Positions 24,594 to 38,694 of a stretch of DNA of 64,000 bases are shown in pieces. The translations under genes and the position numbers were made by a program. The notes beneath the pieces were generated by a model, which saw only the letters and a program-made list of their open reading frames with translations, was not told the DNA's origin and made no database searches. Position 1 is the first letter of the stretch, and each line of letters opens with the position of its first letter. Source of the DNA: Octopus vulgaris (Eukaryota); NCBI GenBank assembly GCA_951406725.2, contig OX597817.1:39618001-39682000 (forward strand), given 5' to 3'.

Positions 24594-26284
24594 AAGGCAA
24601 TCTGAGGACTATGCACTGCCTAGTCTAGGAATTGAAACCATGATCCTGTGATTATGAGTTCAACACCCTAACCACTTGGTCACCCCTCCTCCTCCTGTCG
24701 AAAACAAACCTCAGAAAATTTACTTCCCTTTAAAGTAAAATAATTCCGCAATCCCTATCTTTTTTTTCTTGCTTGTAAAACACAAAGAGGAGGCATTGTA
24801 AAATGCCATTCTGTGAAAGGTGATGCTCAGCTACAAAAGGTTAACAACTATTGTCTTAGAATAAACAGAACATTCTGCAAAACTGATTGTTATAATAACG
24901 AGTTTCTGAGACAGTAAGACAATGTTCCATTTATTTTAACATCCAGTTTCTTTTGGAATATCTTCAGATTTAGATATAATTGCAGACAAGACAACAATGA
25001 CCTATTTCATAGTAGATGTATGCTTGTCATGATTCCTTCAGATTTATTATAAATGGTTTGAAAAACACAGAAGAAAATATAGGTCTAAAGAGGAGATTTA
25101 TGTTGTGGCTATTTGTTTCTTTGTGTGTGCATGTTTGGTATTTGTCTGGATCATGTGACAAGACAATAAATCTACAATGGCATTGTATAATTGTTTCTTT
25201 TTTGGCAATTTTGCAAACTTTGCTGAACATTAATCTTGAAATGTTCGGTTAACCCCCAAAATAGAATAGGATTGATTTGTACAATGCAAATTTAATTTCT
25301 TTGTTGAGAAGAGACATGAAGCAGTCAAGGTTTTCAACTTCAAAATGATTATTATTGCTATTTAGTCCAATGGAAAGAAGAACTTTATTACTCAAGGGAC
25401 TACCTTTAAATGTTAAGGAAATAATGCAAATCAATATTAGTGAGATTGTGTGCTTGTGTGTGTTTGTGTGTGTATAAACACATAATTATATTTAATGTTT
25501 GTTTTTATGTGAAGTTATATATAAAAACAATTTCACGTTAAAATGAAGGATCACTCTATACTGTCTTTTAGTAGAATATGTATGTGTTATTTTCCCCTCA
25601 TATATATATATATTTTCCCCTCATATATGTGTGTGTATGTGTGTGTGTGTGTATATATAATATATATTGTTTATAACAAATAGTGAAGTGAACTCAGTGT
25701 ATTATATGGGGTATTATATGGGGTATTATATGGGGCATAATTATATTTATTTGGTTGATACTCTCTGCTTTAAGTTTTCTCAATATTAAAACTTCATTAA
25801 TAATAATCATCTCCTTGCTTTTGTGTGTTTTATACATATGATATTGAAAACATATAAAAATACTTTTGTATATGAATTATTGGATGCATCACATTTAGCA
25901 TGTGACAACTCAATGGATGAATTTATGATTATTTTCCTAACTCTTTCTGGCAGTCAATCAAATCTCAATGACCTGTTATGTGTTTACAAATATTTTGTGC
26001 TTGAAATAGTCAGCTGGGAGCCAGCTATCAAATGTAGGCTGCAAATAATGACCAATACTCTTTTTAGTGGTAATTCAGGCCAACAAAATAATTGTACATA
26101 TTCTTTGGAGAGGTGCTAAATGTTCATATGTAAACTATCAGGAATGGAGACTGGGGAAATTCTGTCTTATGCCTCTAATCTCTTAAAGATCCCTTAAATA
26201 TCTAAGAAGCTGGCAACAACTGATAATTTTAAGGGATTTTAATGATGACTCAGTATCTGTATTTGCATGTGTGTATATATATGA

Positions 26285-26545
26285 TGTCATCATCATCATC
26301 ATCATCATCATTTAACGTCCACTTTCCATGCTGGCATGGGTTGGATGATTTGACTGAGGACTGGCAAACCAGATGGCTGCACCAGGCTCAAATCTGATTT
26401 GGCAGAGTTTCTACAGCTGGATGCCCTTCCTAACACCAACCACTCCGAGAGTGTAGTGGGTGCTTTTATGTGCCACTGGCACGAGGGCCAGTCTGGTGAT
26501 ACTGGCAATGGCCATGCTCAAATGGTGTTTTTTTATGTGCCACCC
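26285..26545 (-). mobile_element. RTE-type 3' tail fragment
   Basis: (CAT)n followed by tttaacgtcc...; same family as 43733-44010 and 44475-44778. Confidence 0.85.
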
Positions 26546-26708
26546 TATATAAAATTATTCATCTGTTATCCATTTATATATTTTTAAAATGTATTCTAAA
26601 TTTTGATTTCTTCCACTCCATCATCTACCCAGGGTCCATCACTACCTTTATAAATAAAAAAAAAATTGTTTTCAATTTTCTAATAAATATCTTTGTTCTT
26701 CATTTCAG

Positions 26709-26885
26709 GCTGTCATGAAAAAGCTGGATGCTGAAGGAGAAAGCATCAAAGCAGATCTTACCACTGGAGAACAGTTACTAGCTGAGAATGATGCTCCAAA
26801 TTTTGTGGCCAAGAAAGCTGCAGAACTAAACAGAAAATGGACTGCTACCATCAAAGAAGCCGAAGAAAAATATCAAAAACTTATG
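26709..26885 (+). CDS. Internal exon of a spectrin-repeat giant protein (nesprin-1/SYNE1/MSP-300-like)
   Basis: Acceptor ttcttcatttcAG, donor ATG|GTAATT, 177 nt, phase 0-0. Encodes AVMKKLDAEGESIKADLTTGEQLLAENDAPNFVAKKAAELNRKWTATIKEAEEKYQKLM (helix B-C pattern with L..KW). The family assignment is from recall, not a search. Confidence 0.85.
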
Positions 26886-26934
26886 GTAATTCTTTACATA
26901 TATATACTCTCTTTCTCTGTCTCTCTCTTAATCC

Positions 26935-27160
26935 TTTCTGCTATAATCACAAGGCCTAAAATTTTTATGGGTGAGGGATTAAGTCAATTATGTCAACTCC
27001 AGTATGCAACTGGTACTTAATTTATTGAGCCCCCCCTCCCCCCAAAGGATGAAAGGTAAAGTCGACCTCGGTGGAATTTGAACTCAGAATGTAGTGACGG
27101 GTGAAATACTGCTAAGCATGTCATCCAGTGTGCTAATGATTCTGCTAGCTCCATGCCTTT
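26935..27160 (-). mobile_element. SINE family B
   Basis: aaggatgaaaggtaaagtcgacctcggtggaatttgaactcagaa, the reverse complement of the family-B body. Confidence 0.85.
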
Positions 27161-27514
27161 GTCTCTCTCTTAATAATGAAAGTTAAACACCTTAGTTTAG
27201 AGTAAATCTGTTGACACACATCACACACACAAATATATCCAACCCATGCCAGTATGTAAACTGGATGTTAAATTATGATTACACACATGCATTCATATTC
27301 ACACACATACAGTGGCACACACACACACACACATATGTATGTATATTTGTTTGTGTGTATTCTCATCTTCCCATAGCAGGATTGTTGCAAATGAGCATCA
27401 CCATCATACAGGCAGTGTCACTTCTTTCCAGACCAACCATAAAAAAAAAAAAACATTACTTTGCTTGGAAACAGGTGAACATTAATGGTTGGAAGAATTC
27501 TATGTGACCCATAC

Positions 27515-27740
27515 ATATGGCTTAGTAGTTAAGAGTGTTGGGCTCATGATCGTAAGATTGTGGTTTCGATTCCTGGACCGAGAGATGCATTGTGCTCTTG
27601 AGCAGAACACTTCCTTTCACATTGCTTCAGTCCACTCGGCTGGTAAAAAATTACTAATCCTGTGACAGACTGGTGTCCCATCCAGGAAAAAATATGTGCA
27701 CCCAAGAAACCAGGAGACTGGTCCTATACTCCTTATGGAG
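27515..27740 (+). mobile_element. SINE family C-like
   Basis: tRNA head tggcttagtagttaagag...ggtttcgattcc, then ttgagcagaacactt...cagtccactcggctgg. Confidence 0.7.
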
Positions 27741-28061
27741 AAGTGTAGACTAATCATGCAAGCATGGAATAGTGGACAGTCATCATCATCATCATCATCG
27801 GACAAGAGAACATAAATGCTCAGCTCAATTATCTTTGCAACCTGAATATATAATTGAATATCAATAGGGTGCAATTTGAAGGAGATTTAGCTGTTATTTC
27901 TTACACTTGAAGTGACTGCATAGAAGTAACCTTTTTGGCTCAAGTACTGATAGAAGGGTGTTTATTTTGAAAATGTTAATCCTGTTATAAACCATACTGC
28001 AAACCTGCCCAACCAATGCTGTTATGTCAAAATAAAAGTAGCAATAATAATAATGATGGTG

Positions 28062-28130
<69 letters not shown>

Positions 28131-28136
28131 ATTATT

Positions 28137-28681
28137 GAGTGAGAGAGCAGTGCATGCCATCAAAGTGACACTGGGGTAAAATATACGAAGCCCAGTATAC
28201 CCATCATGACTACCTGTCTGATAAGGGTACACCAGGCACATGCATCACAACCATATGTGCATGACATGGTGATCTCATATCAAGATTAACAGTGCATGAC
28301 CTTACAGGTGAGGCCCAGTTAGAATTCTTTTCCTGTCGAGTAGCTCATCCCACTCAAAAAGTCTCTGAATAAGGATTGTTTAAGGATGTTGAACGAAACA
28401 CCTATGTTTCCAAAGGTGAATTATCCAAACCCCAAAGAATTCCTCTCAACACATAGCTATGATGCTCCCCTGCTACTTCTGTTCGTGATCAGAGATGCAT
28501 GTATCATCAGCCACTAAGGGACATGGTCAACTGGTTAAGGTCAAACAACTGACAAGCAAATCTGTGGCATTGAGCAGAATATTTGCTGTAGCCCATCTTT
28601 TATACCAAGACAAAACAATGTACATGATAACACTTCCAATCAGTTAAGATCAGAAGCCATGAGAGCTCCTACCTGGTACTG
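28137..28681 (-). mobile_element. Unclassified ~557-bp non-coding element associated with (AAT)n
   Basis: Reverse complement of 59381-59937; abuts the (ATT)n tract at ~28060-28136. Strand is inferred. Confidence 0.75.
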
Positions 28682-28715
28682 TTATATGGATGCAACAGCA
28701 TGCTAATGATTCTGC

Positions 28716-29275
28716 CAGAATCATTAGCATGCTGGCCGAAATACTTAGCATTTCGTCTGCCGCTACATTCTGAGTTCAAATTCCACTGAGGTTGACTTTG
28801 CCTTTCATCCTTTTGGGGTTAATAAAATAAGTACCAGTGAAACACTGGGGTCGATGTAATCAACTCATCCTCTCTCCCAAAATGGCTGCCCTTGTGGCAA
28901 AATTTGAAACTCTTTACTTTTCATCCTTTTGGAGGTTAATAAATTAAGTACCAGTTGTGTACTGGGGTGGATCTAATCAACTGGCTACCTCCCCAAAATT
29001 TTTCGGGCCTAGTGCCTAGAGTAGAAAAGATTATTATAATAATTATTATTATCATTATGAAGGCAGTGAGCTGGCAGAATTGTTAGCATACTGGGTGAAA
29101 TGCTTAGCAGTATTTAATCCGTCTCTACGTTCTGAGTTCAAATTCCACTGACTTTGCCTTTCATTCTTTTGGGGCTGATAAATTAGGTAGCAGTGAAACA
29201 CTGGGGTTGATGTGATCAACTATCCTCCTCCCCTCAAATTACAGGCCTTGTGCCTATAGTAGAAAGTATTATTAT
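28716..29275 (+). mobile_element. Cluster of three SINE family B copies or fragments
   Basis: The ttcatccttttgggg...aagtaccag motif is repeated; copies are separated by (ATT)n. Confidence 0.8.
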
Positions 29276-29554
29276 TACGATATTTGTCACACCTTGAAAA
29301 AAAATTGCATATAAGTATATATTCAAATGTACTTAATTCTTTGTGATCATGCACACTTTTATATTAGTTTGTTAGTCAACGACACAAACATATATAGACA
29401 TACCCATGTAAACTCTATATAATATATACATGTGTGTATGTATACTATACTGACACACATTTACTGTACTTTCATTAACAATGTCACACACATACACAAA
29501 TATAAATAAGTTAATAATACAGTGTTTGCATATTGACTTCAATTGTTCCTGACA

Positions 29555-29660
<106 letters not shown>

Positions 29661-30602
29661 CTGAGACTCTCTCTCTCTCTCTCTCTCAAACACACACACA
29701 CTGTTATAATACTATACAGTGGTTCTATACTTTTACCTAATTATATCCTACCTGTACATACACACATACACACACACTTACCTATGCATTGATTTATAGT
29801 TTATATACTAACTTCTCTGTTTGCTCTCACTTTCACCCCAACACACACATACACTCTTCATCTCCCACTCTCTCATACATGTTTCAATTATTGTTACACA
29901 CACACACATTCGTTTTTGAACTGTTGATACTTATATACACACATATATACATACACATTTTGGTACAAATAGCCAACACATATTTGGATGTTTGTAACTG
30001 ACAATAATATATCCACAGGTTACACATACAACTTTTTGAATTATTCATACCCCGCCCATCTACCCAGACATACACATACAAACCCAGACACACCCCTTAC
30101 ACAATTTTTACTTAACTTTCTATAAACATTTTATAGTTGACAACACAAAACATTTTCCAATCTTCAAATACTATTCATAGATTTTCTTTTTCTTTCCTTC
30201 ATTAAAACTTTATCTTATGCCTTTTCATGCTCACACTTCCTTGCCTTAATCAACAGAGCTTAAACAAACTAACTTATTCTCGTGGGTTCTCACATAAAGT
30301 GGGACATATTATGTTGTGAAGAGTCTCTTTTAATGAATAGGCAGTGAATGGTGTATGTGTGTGTTGCATCCATATATGTATATATGAAAAGTTGTGTGTG
30401 TTTCTTTTTTTTTCTCTTTCTTTATAACTGAGTGCATGAAAGTTTGAAAGTCATAACAAATCACAATATTTTTTCTTGTTATGTTTTGAGAGAGAGATAT
30501 ACATATTTAAATGCTAAAATGAAAAAACGCAAATTGTGGTGTCTCCTGAAATGATATATCTCACATGAGTGGATTGTTACCTGGATTTATGGATTAGAGG
30601 GG

Positions 30603-30656
<54 letters not shown>

Positions 30657-31105
30657 TTGGTTGACAATGTACTGGATCTGATAAACTTGTAAGTAGATTT
30701 ATTTATTTATTTTTGTCATTATTATAATTTTTCAGTTTAAAACAATACAAGCCAGTGTTTGTGTGTAGGTGCGTGAGTAGGTGTATTATGCATGAATTAA
30801 GGAATGCCAACTGTTGAAGTTAAGAAGTTAGAATGTTAGAATACACTGGAAGAGAACTTAACTCTTAAGCATATAGATATACATTTGCACACACACACAC
30901 ACACATATATATGCATGTGTATGTATGTATATATTTGTGTGTGTGTATATATATATACACACATATGTATATATATGTGTGTATATATAGGTATATATAT
31001 ATATGTATGTATATATAGATATATGTATGTATATATAGATATATATATGTATATATAGATATATATGTATGTATAGATATGTATGTATATATATAAATGT
31101 GTAAA

Positions 31106-31139
<34 letters not shown>

Positions 31140-31489
31140 CTCATTTGAATCTCTATATATATATATATACACACACACATATATTTAGTTATGTATGTAT
31201 AAATATATGTGATTTGGGGTGTTATTGTTTTTACATTTTCAATAGACACAATGTGAACAAACATAATATTGAACAAATTCATGTGTTCAAATCTGCAGAA
31301 AGCATTTTTTATTGTTTTAAGCAATTGCCTTAAGCAAAACTTTTTTAGATACATCTCTTGAGTAGTGCTACAAGAAGGATAATATTTATGAAGCGCACTT
31401 TTATAAATTCCTGGCTAAATTAGTCTTTGACTGTTGCTTTTCTGTAAATGCATGTGTATAAAGATTTTTACAAATATTTTTTGATATCT

Positions 31490-31945
31490 TTTATCTTTTG
31501 CTTGTTTAAATCATTAGACTGCGGCCATACTGGGGCACCGCCTTGAAGAATTTTTAGTTGAATATATCAACCTCAGTACTTTTTTTTAAAAGCCTGGTAT
31601 TTATTCTGTTGGTCTCTTTTGCTGAACTGCTAAGTTATGAGGATGTAAATGCACCAGCACCAGTCGTTAAGCGGTGTTGGGGAGACAAACACAGACACAA
31701 AGATGCACACATAGATACATACATATATATGATGGGCTTTCAGTTTCTGTCTTACCAAATTCACTCAAGGCTTTGAGACACAGAGACACACATATAGATA
31801 TATATACATATATACGATGGGCTTCTTTCAGTTTCTGTCTACCAAATCCACTCAAGGCTTTGGTCAGTCTGGGGCTATATTAGAAAACACTTGCCCATGG
31901 TGCCATGGACTGAACCTGGAACCATGTGGTTGAGAAGCAGGCTTC
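31490..31945 (-). mobile_element. SINE family A with internal partial duplication
   Basis: Family-A reverse complement; the gacacaca...ttcagtttctgtct...caaggcttt segment occurs twice. Confidence 0.75.
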
Positions 31946-32539
31946 AGTCACAATATTTGTAAAACGATGTACTTAAATTTAAAAAAAAAAATAATTATCC
32001 ATCATATTTTGGAAACTTTATAGAAATAAGTTGATTAACACAGAACTGCTGGGAGGAATATATATTCTTTTATTCTTTTATGTATTTCAACCTAAAGGCT
32101 GTGACCACACACATATAGATACCCACACATATGACAGGTTTCAGGACGTCACGAACGGTGTAAACAACATGAAATACGTGAACAAACGTGTTAAATACAT
32201 AAACAGTGAGACATTCCAAGTATATATATATGAGTTTGTGTGTGTGTATATGTTTATATCTATATGTGTGTGTGTGTATACACACACACACACACATATG
32301 TACTTGTAGAAAAACACGATTATTTCTCTTTCTTTTGTTTTTATCTGTTGCATTAATATGTTAGTATGAATGGGTGATCATGCACCATGGCAGAATTCCT
32401 ATGTACATGCATTTGTGTCAAGTACATGCATCTGTCATAAATATCTGGGATTAAATCTTCTCAATAAGATTAACATTTCTCAAACTGTTCACCTCATCTT
32501 TAAAGCTGACACATGTTTTAATTTTAATATTTACATTTA

Positions 32540-32940
32540 CAAGGCAATGAGCTGGCAGAGTTATTAGCATGTTAGGTAAAATGCTTAGCTGTATTTTGTC
32601 TGGCTTAATGTTCTGAGTTCAAATCCTGCCAAAGTTGACTTTACCTTGCATCCATTTGGGGTCATCGACTTATCCCACCCCTGAAGATGCTGATCTTGTG
32701 CCAAAATTTGAAACCAATATTTACATCTATAAGGCTGTGAGCTGGCAGAGTTTTTAGCACACGAAGCAAAATGCTTAGCAGTATTCTGTCTGGTTTAAAA
32801 TTCTGCTGAGGTTGACTTTACTTTTCATCCTTTTGGAGATCAATAAATTTAGTACCAGTCAAGTACTGGGGTTGATTTGATCAATTGTCCCCCTCCCCAA
32901 ATTTACTGGTCTTGTGCCAAAATTTGAAATCAATATTTAC
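32540..32940 (+). mobile_element. Two tandem SINE family B copies
   Basis: aaggc..tgagctggcagag heads at ~32541 and ~32731, both ending tgccaaaatttgaaa.caatatttacat. Confidence 0.75.
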
Positions 32941-33513
32941 ATTTGGCACGTAAAAACACTCATTGCACTCTTGGAGTGGTTGGCATTAGGAAAGGCAGTC
33001 AGTGGTAGAAACCACGCCAAATCAGACATGAAGTCTGGTGCAGTCTCTTAGCTTACCAATCCTGGTCAAATCATCCAACCCTTGCCAGCATGGACAATAG
33101 ATGCTAGAGAAGGATGATGATGATGACTACATTTTGATCAGTTTGATCACCAAGAATTATCTACGGTCTTATTCCTGGATGTGCACATAATCCCGAATTT
33201 AATTGAAACTAGGAACATATATTCGTTTACTAGACCTCTAATACATCTGTAGTTAATACTGCAATTTACTGAAAGATAGATTCTAAGTAACCTAAAAAAT
33301 TCAGCATTATTTATGTGTAGATGTTTCTTGTGGAAGACAGTGCTGTTTTGCTTACAAACACATTTAGTTTAACTGAAGCAGCCTTCTTTCATTTTTAGTA
33401 CTAATGACAATAAAATTTAGAGTTTTATACTCTGTTATTTAGGACTTGTGGAAATCATAACAGTAAATATTAAATAAGAGAATACAAGTCTTAAATAAAA
33501 GTGTGTGTGTGTA

Positions 33514-33574
<61 letters not shown>

Positions 33575-33577
33575 TCT

Positions 33578-33800
33578 CTTCTCTTTTACTTGTTTCAGTC
33601 ATTTGACTGCAGCCATGCCGGAGCACCACCTTTAGTTGAGCAAATCAACCCCCCAGGACTTATTCTTTGGAAGTGTAGTACTTATTTTATCAGTCTCTTT
33701 TGCCGAACCGCTAAGTTACGGGGACGTAAACACACCAGCATCGGTTGTCAATTGATGTTGAGGGGAGATACACAGACACACAAACATACACACACACACA
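33578..33800 (-). mobile_element. SINE family A, 3' half
   Basis: ctcttttacttgtttcagtcatttgactg..., the reverse complement of the family-A 3' end. Confidence 0.8.
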
Positions 33801-33807
33801 TACATAC

Positions 33808-34020
33808 ATTGCCATGTTGATTCGTTAGCTCCTGCATGCATTTTTTTTCTCTCCTTGTTTCTCTCCGTGTTTCTTTTCTGTGTATCTTTCTGTTGAAGAG
33901 CGTAGGCTCGAAATGTAAAAGACTTGTTTTATTTCTATTCCTGAGCGCCATACTAATACAATTGTTTGTTTGTACTCCACCTGCCTTCGTCTTTTGTTTA
34001 TTTTCGTAAAGCTTCCCGTT
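33808..34020 (+). mobile_element. Short Penelope-like element with hammerhead-like motif (best copy of the CTGTTGA subfamily)
   Basis: tcttt-CTGTTGA-a-GAGC-gtag-GCTC-GAAA-tg-ta-aaaga at 33885-33922. Confidence 0.6.
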
Positions 34021-34324
34021 ATATATATGTATACACAGAGTGGAGCTTAAGTAGGTATTCAGTTATGAAAAAAGAAAACGTATGCAATACTCATTTATTT
34101 TGTATCAAATAAATTAAGTTACGATAAAAGTATGATAGCTATGATAAATGTATTAATATGATAAATGACTGAAAATATCAAAAATGAGGCTAACTAATTT
34201 AATGTGCTAATAATTTTAATGACTTAAGTATAATTACATTCATGTGATACTTACGGTATGCCTACCTATACACTCCCATGTATGTATATAAACGTATTAC
34301 ACACACACACACACATATAAAGTG

Positions 34325-34713
34325 CAGGCTTGGCTGTGTGGTAAGAAGTTTGCTTCCCAATCACATGGTTCCAGGTTCAATCCCACTGTGTGGAAACTTG
34401 GACAGGTGTTCTCTACTACAACCTCTGGCTGACCAAAGCTCTGTGAGTAGATTTGGTAGATAGATGGAAACTGAAAGAAGTTTGTGTCTTTGTGTATGTC
34501 TTTGTATCTGTGTTTGTCTCCCATCACTGCTTGACAACCGGTGTTAGTGTGTTTATATTCCTGTAACATAGCAGTTCAGCAAAAGACACTGATAGAATAA
34601 GTACCAGGCTTTAAAGAAAAAAGATACCGGGGTCAATTTGTTTGACTAAAATCCTTCAATGCAGTGCCCCAGCATGATTGCAGTCTAATGACTGAAACAA
34701 GTAAAAGATAAAG
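34325..34713 (+). mobile_element. SINE family A
   Basis: Complete head-to-tail match to family A. Confidence 0.8.
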
Positions 34714-34717
34714 AAAT

Positions 34718-35265
34718 ATCATCATCATAATCATTCATCATCATCATCATCATTTAATGTCTGTTTTCCATACTGCCATGGGTTGGATGGTTTGATTGAG
34801 GACAGGCAGGCCAGGAGGCTGCACCAGGCTCCAGTCTGATCTGGCAAGGTTTCTGCAGCTGGATGCCCTTCCTAAAGCCAACCATTCTGAGAGTGTAGTG
34901 GATGCTTTTCAAGTGCCACAGGCATAGATGCCAATCAGATAGCACTGGCATTGGCCATAACTATGATTCACTTGGTTCAACAGGTCTACACAAGCATGGC
35001 ATATTGCCCGGTGATTGAAGGGTACTTTTAAACAGGTCAGTTGTGCTACACTAGCATCAGTCACAGCTACGATCTCACTTGGCTTGCTTAATCTTCTCAA
35101 GCACAGTATATTTCCAAAGGTCTCGGTTAGTTGTTGTTGCCTCTGTGAGGCCCAATGTGCAAAGGTCGTGCTTCACCACCTCATCCCATGTCTTCCTGGG
35201 TCTACCTCTTCCGCAGGTTCCCTCTATTGTTAGGGTGTGACACTTCTTTGCACAGCTGTCATCAC
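34718..35265 (-). mobile_element. RTE LINE C-terminal fragment + 3' UTR
   Basis: Minus ORF DDSCAKKCHTLTIEGTCGRGRPRKTWDEVVKHDL; (CAT)n tail. Confidence 0.9.
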
Positions 35266-35457
35266 CCAAGAAACAGGATAAATGGAACTCCGTAAATGAG
35301 TGTAAATACTTATTTTTATAATTTCAATTGTGATAATGGTTATAAAAGTGGTTCAAAGTATGAGTGTTGTGCATGACATTTATCAACCTGGTAAACTTTG
35401 GCAAGTGTTGTGCATGAAACTCTCAGCCATTGAGTCACTTACACAACTTTCTGCTGC

Positions 35458-35497
<40 letters not shown>

Positions 35498-35513
35498 TGA
35501 TGATGATGATAAC

Positions 35514-35825
35514 TGCTCTCTCACTCAATAATAATATTTTGAGTGGGATGGGCTACTCTACCTGAAGAAAATCCTAACTGGGCCCCACCTGCAAGGTCAT
35601 GGGCTGTTTATCTTTATATGGGATCACCTCTTGAAAACTGGGTGTTTCATTCTACATCCTTAAACAATCCTTATTCAGGGATCTTTTTGAGTGGGATGGG
35701 CACATATGGCTGTGATGTATATGTCTGGTGTACCCTTATCAGACAGGTAGTCATGATTGGTATACTGAGCTTCATATATTTTACCCAGTGTCACTTTGAT
35801 AGCATGCACTGTTCTCTCACTCAAT
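35514..35825 (+). mobile_element. Truncated and rearranged copies of the ~557-bp (AAT)n element
   Basis: Both pieces retain the end ctctctcactcaat followed by AAT/GAT repeats. Confidence 0.65.
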
Positions 35826-36909
35826 GATGATGATGACGACACCAATGACGTCGATTTCAAACCTTGGCACAAGGCCAGCAATTTCAAGGGAGGAGGATAA
35901 GTTGATCACATCAGCTCCAGTACTCAACTGGTATTTATTTTATCAACCTGAATGGACAAAATGTAAAGTCAGTCTTGGAAAATTTTGAACTCAGAATATA
36001 AAGTTGGATAAAACACAGCTGAAGCATGCTAATGGTTCTGCTAACTTTCCTTCTCAATAATAATAATAATGATAATATGTATCTGTGTATATATGTATAT
36101 GTGTCATTTGTGAATGTATGTATGTGTGTGTATACACACACACACACACACATATGTATATATATAAAGTATGTACGCATCTCTGTACACATAAACAAAC
36201 TCATACACACATGCTCATATGCATTATTTTATATTCTTATTGATTTCAGTTCAGTGACTCTTCCCCATCCCACTGCCCATACTGGAGCATCTTCAAGGGT
36301 TTTAATCAGTCATATCAGTCCTCCTCACCACCCAGTACTTCTATCAGCCTGGTATTTTTTTAATTTTCATCTCTCTTTTAGTAAACAAACTAAACATAAA
36401 TGAAAATAGAATCAGTGGTAATTTCAGTTAAAATGTATGGATATTTACAAACCTCATAAAATACAAGGGCAAGTAAAGGACATTATTGATTTCACAGAGA
36501 ACATTTTCTTTTCATTGTAATCATTTGGTCTTTTTCATCTTTCTGAATACATGAAAAGACAAGATACATATCACCATAGCAACGATATTGAGGCTTTGAG
36601 GTATTGTAACAGGTGGTTGTTCCTCCTAGGGCCACCATTAGAAGTGTAAAGTTTGAAAAAACAAATTGCTGTTATTGTTTAGTTTCTGGTCAGTCTGGAT
36701 TTAACAGGCATGTATTCAAAGACATTCCAGTCATGACAATCCTGCCTTAAGAAGATTGCTTCTCAACCACATGGTTGTGTGCTCTGTTCCGTTGCATAGC
36801 ACCTTGGGCAAGTGTCTTCTATTATAGTCCCAGGTCCGCTAAAACCTTGTGAGTAGATTTGGTAGACAGAAACTGAAAGCAACTTGTCATATATATATGT
36901 GTGTATATA

Positions 36910-38056
36910 CAGGGATTGGACAATACCTTAAAATTTCAAACAAATTTATTTTAATATGAGGTAGAACCGCCTTTGGCAGTAATTACAGTTTGAATTCTAC
37001 AAGGTATGGACTCGTACAAAGTTTGAATTGTTTCCAAAGGAATTTTTGTCCATTCTTCAGCTAAAACAGTCTCCAGCTCTTGCAGTGATGATGGTGGAGG
37101 ATATTCACTCCTTACTTGTTTTTCTAAAATGCACCCTAAATGTTCAATAATATTGAGATCTCGGGAACTGTGGTGGCCAGATAAGATGTTCAACTTCACT
37201 AGAATGTTCCTTGTGCCATTCAGTAACAACTTTAGCTGTGTGAATTGGTGCATTATCATCCTGAAAGATTGCGTTTCCCTCCAGAAACAGTTTCATAACC
37301 ATAGGATGAATTTGATCAGATAAATTGCTTAAATAGTCTTGACTATTAATTCTGTCATGAAAGGAAATCATTGGGCCAGCGGATTTCCAACATATAGCCC
37401 CCACCCCATCATTACAGATCCTCCTCCATGTTTAACATTTGGAAGAAGGCTTCTTTTGGCTGTCTCCACACGTATACTTGGCTGGTGGTGTGAAATAAGC
37501 TAAAGAATGACTCGTCTGAGAAAATAACATTCTTCCACTGCTCTAGGGACCAATTCGGTAGGTTTTTACTCTACTCTAAATGCTTTGCGACATTTGTTTT
37601 TGAAAGTAGTGGGATTGCAGCCCTCCCATGAAATCTGGCTTTCTAACAATTCATGTAAGAGTCTAACGGTCCTTGTCTAAATGTTTTGGTTTTCTTCCAG
37701 AGTTTTGTTTCAATGAGGAGGTTTTTCCCTCTTTCTCAAAGGCTGTCATTACTTTCAAGACAGCACTTCTTGATACACCAAACATTTCGGCTATTTTTAA
37801 TATGCTAGCACCTGCCATACGAGCACCAACATTTTGACCTCTTTGAAAGTGTGATAGATCTGTCATTTTAATGACTTTTAATTACCTTTTTCTGATGATA
37901 TCTGAAAAGAAACAGCAATTTTAGCCAAACATATTAAGCAACACTAATAATAAATGAAAAGAACATAAAAATAAACAAGCTTTTGATGATTTTATAGATA
38001 TTTCAAAATTATGATGCTGTGATGCTAGGTGTTTCCATTATTTTGTCCAACCTCTG
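36910..38056 (-). mobile_element. Tc1-like DNA transposon (DD34E-type), frameshifted and internally deleted
   Basis: TIRs cagggattggacaa... and ...ttgtccaacctctg with TA flanks. Minus fragments MTDLSHFQRGQNVGARMAG (HTH), SGRKPK, IFSDES, FQDDNAPIHTAK, WPPQ..DLNIIEHL and AKGGSTSY. Confidence 0.93.
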
Positions 38057-38333
38057 TATATATAGAGATAGTGATGCAAATAAACACACTTGGGCTTAGT
38101 ATATGAAATATAGATACATACATATATACATGTAAATATATAAAATTTTAGGGGCGGGGTTAAGTTGATTGCATTGACTCCTGTGCATAACTGGTACTTA
38201 TTTCATCAACCCTGAAAGTTGACCTTGGTGGAATTTGAACTCAGAATGTAAGGACGAGCAAAATGCTGCTAAGCATTTTGCCCAGATTCTGTGAGCTCAC
38301 TGCCTTAATAATGATAATAATAATAATAATAAT

Positions 38334-38694
38334 AACAAGAGCACTCACAGAGTGCAAATCTCTGCCAAGGTAACACCAACGTCCTCTCAATGATTAGCCA
38401 GAGATTCTTTTTAAGTTGAGAATATTTGAAATAAACTCGACTGCTCTCACAAATGAGAATACTAAAAATGAAACTGAACGCACTCAAAAATTAAGTAAAA
38501 AGACAGGAAAAATAATCCAGAATCCAGATCGATCCCAAAATCTAATCATTTTGTGCCAGTCATGAGGCCAAACATCCCTGACAGTTTCATCCGAATCCAT
38601 CCAGCAGTTCTTGAAATATCTTGTTCATGGACAATCAAACAAACAAACAGACAAACACAACTGAAAACAATACCTATATTTTTGCTAAGGCGGA

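Noticed and set aside
34035-34280. Possible small MITE with degenerate TIRs
   Set aside because: TIR match too weak and single copy in the window.
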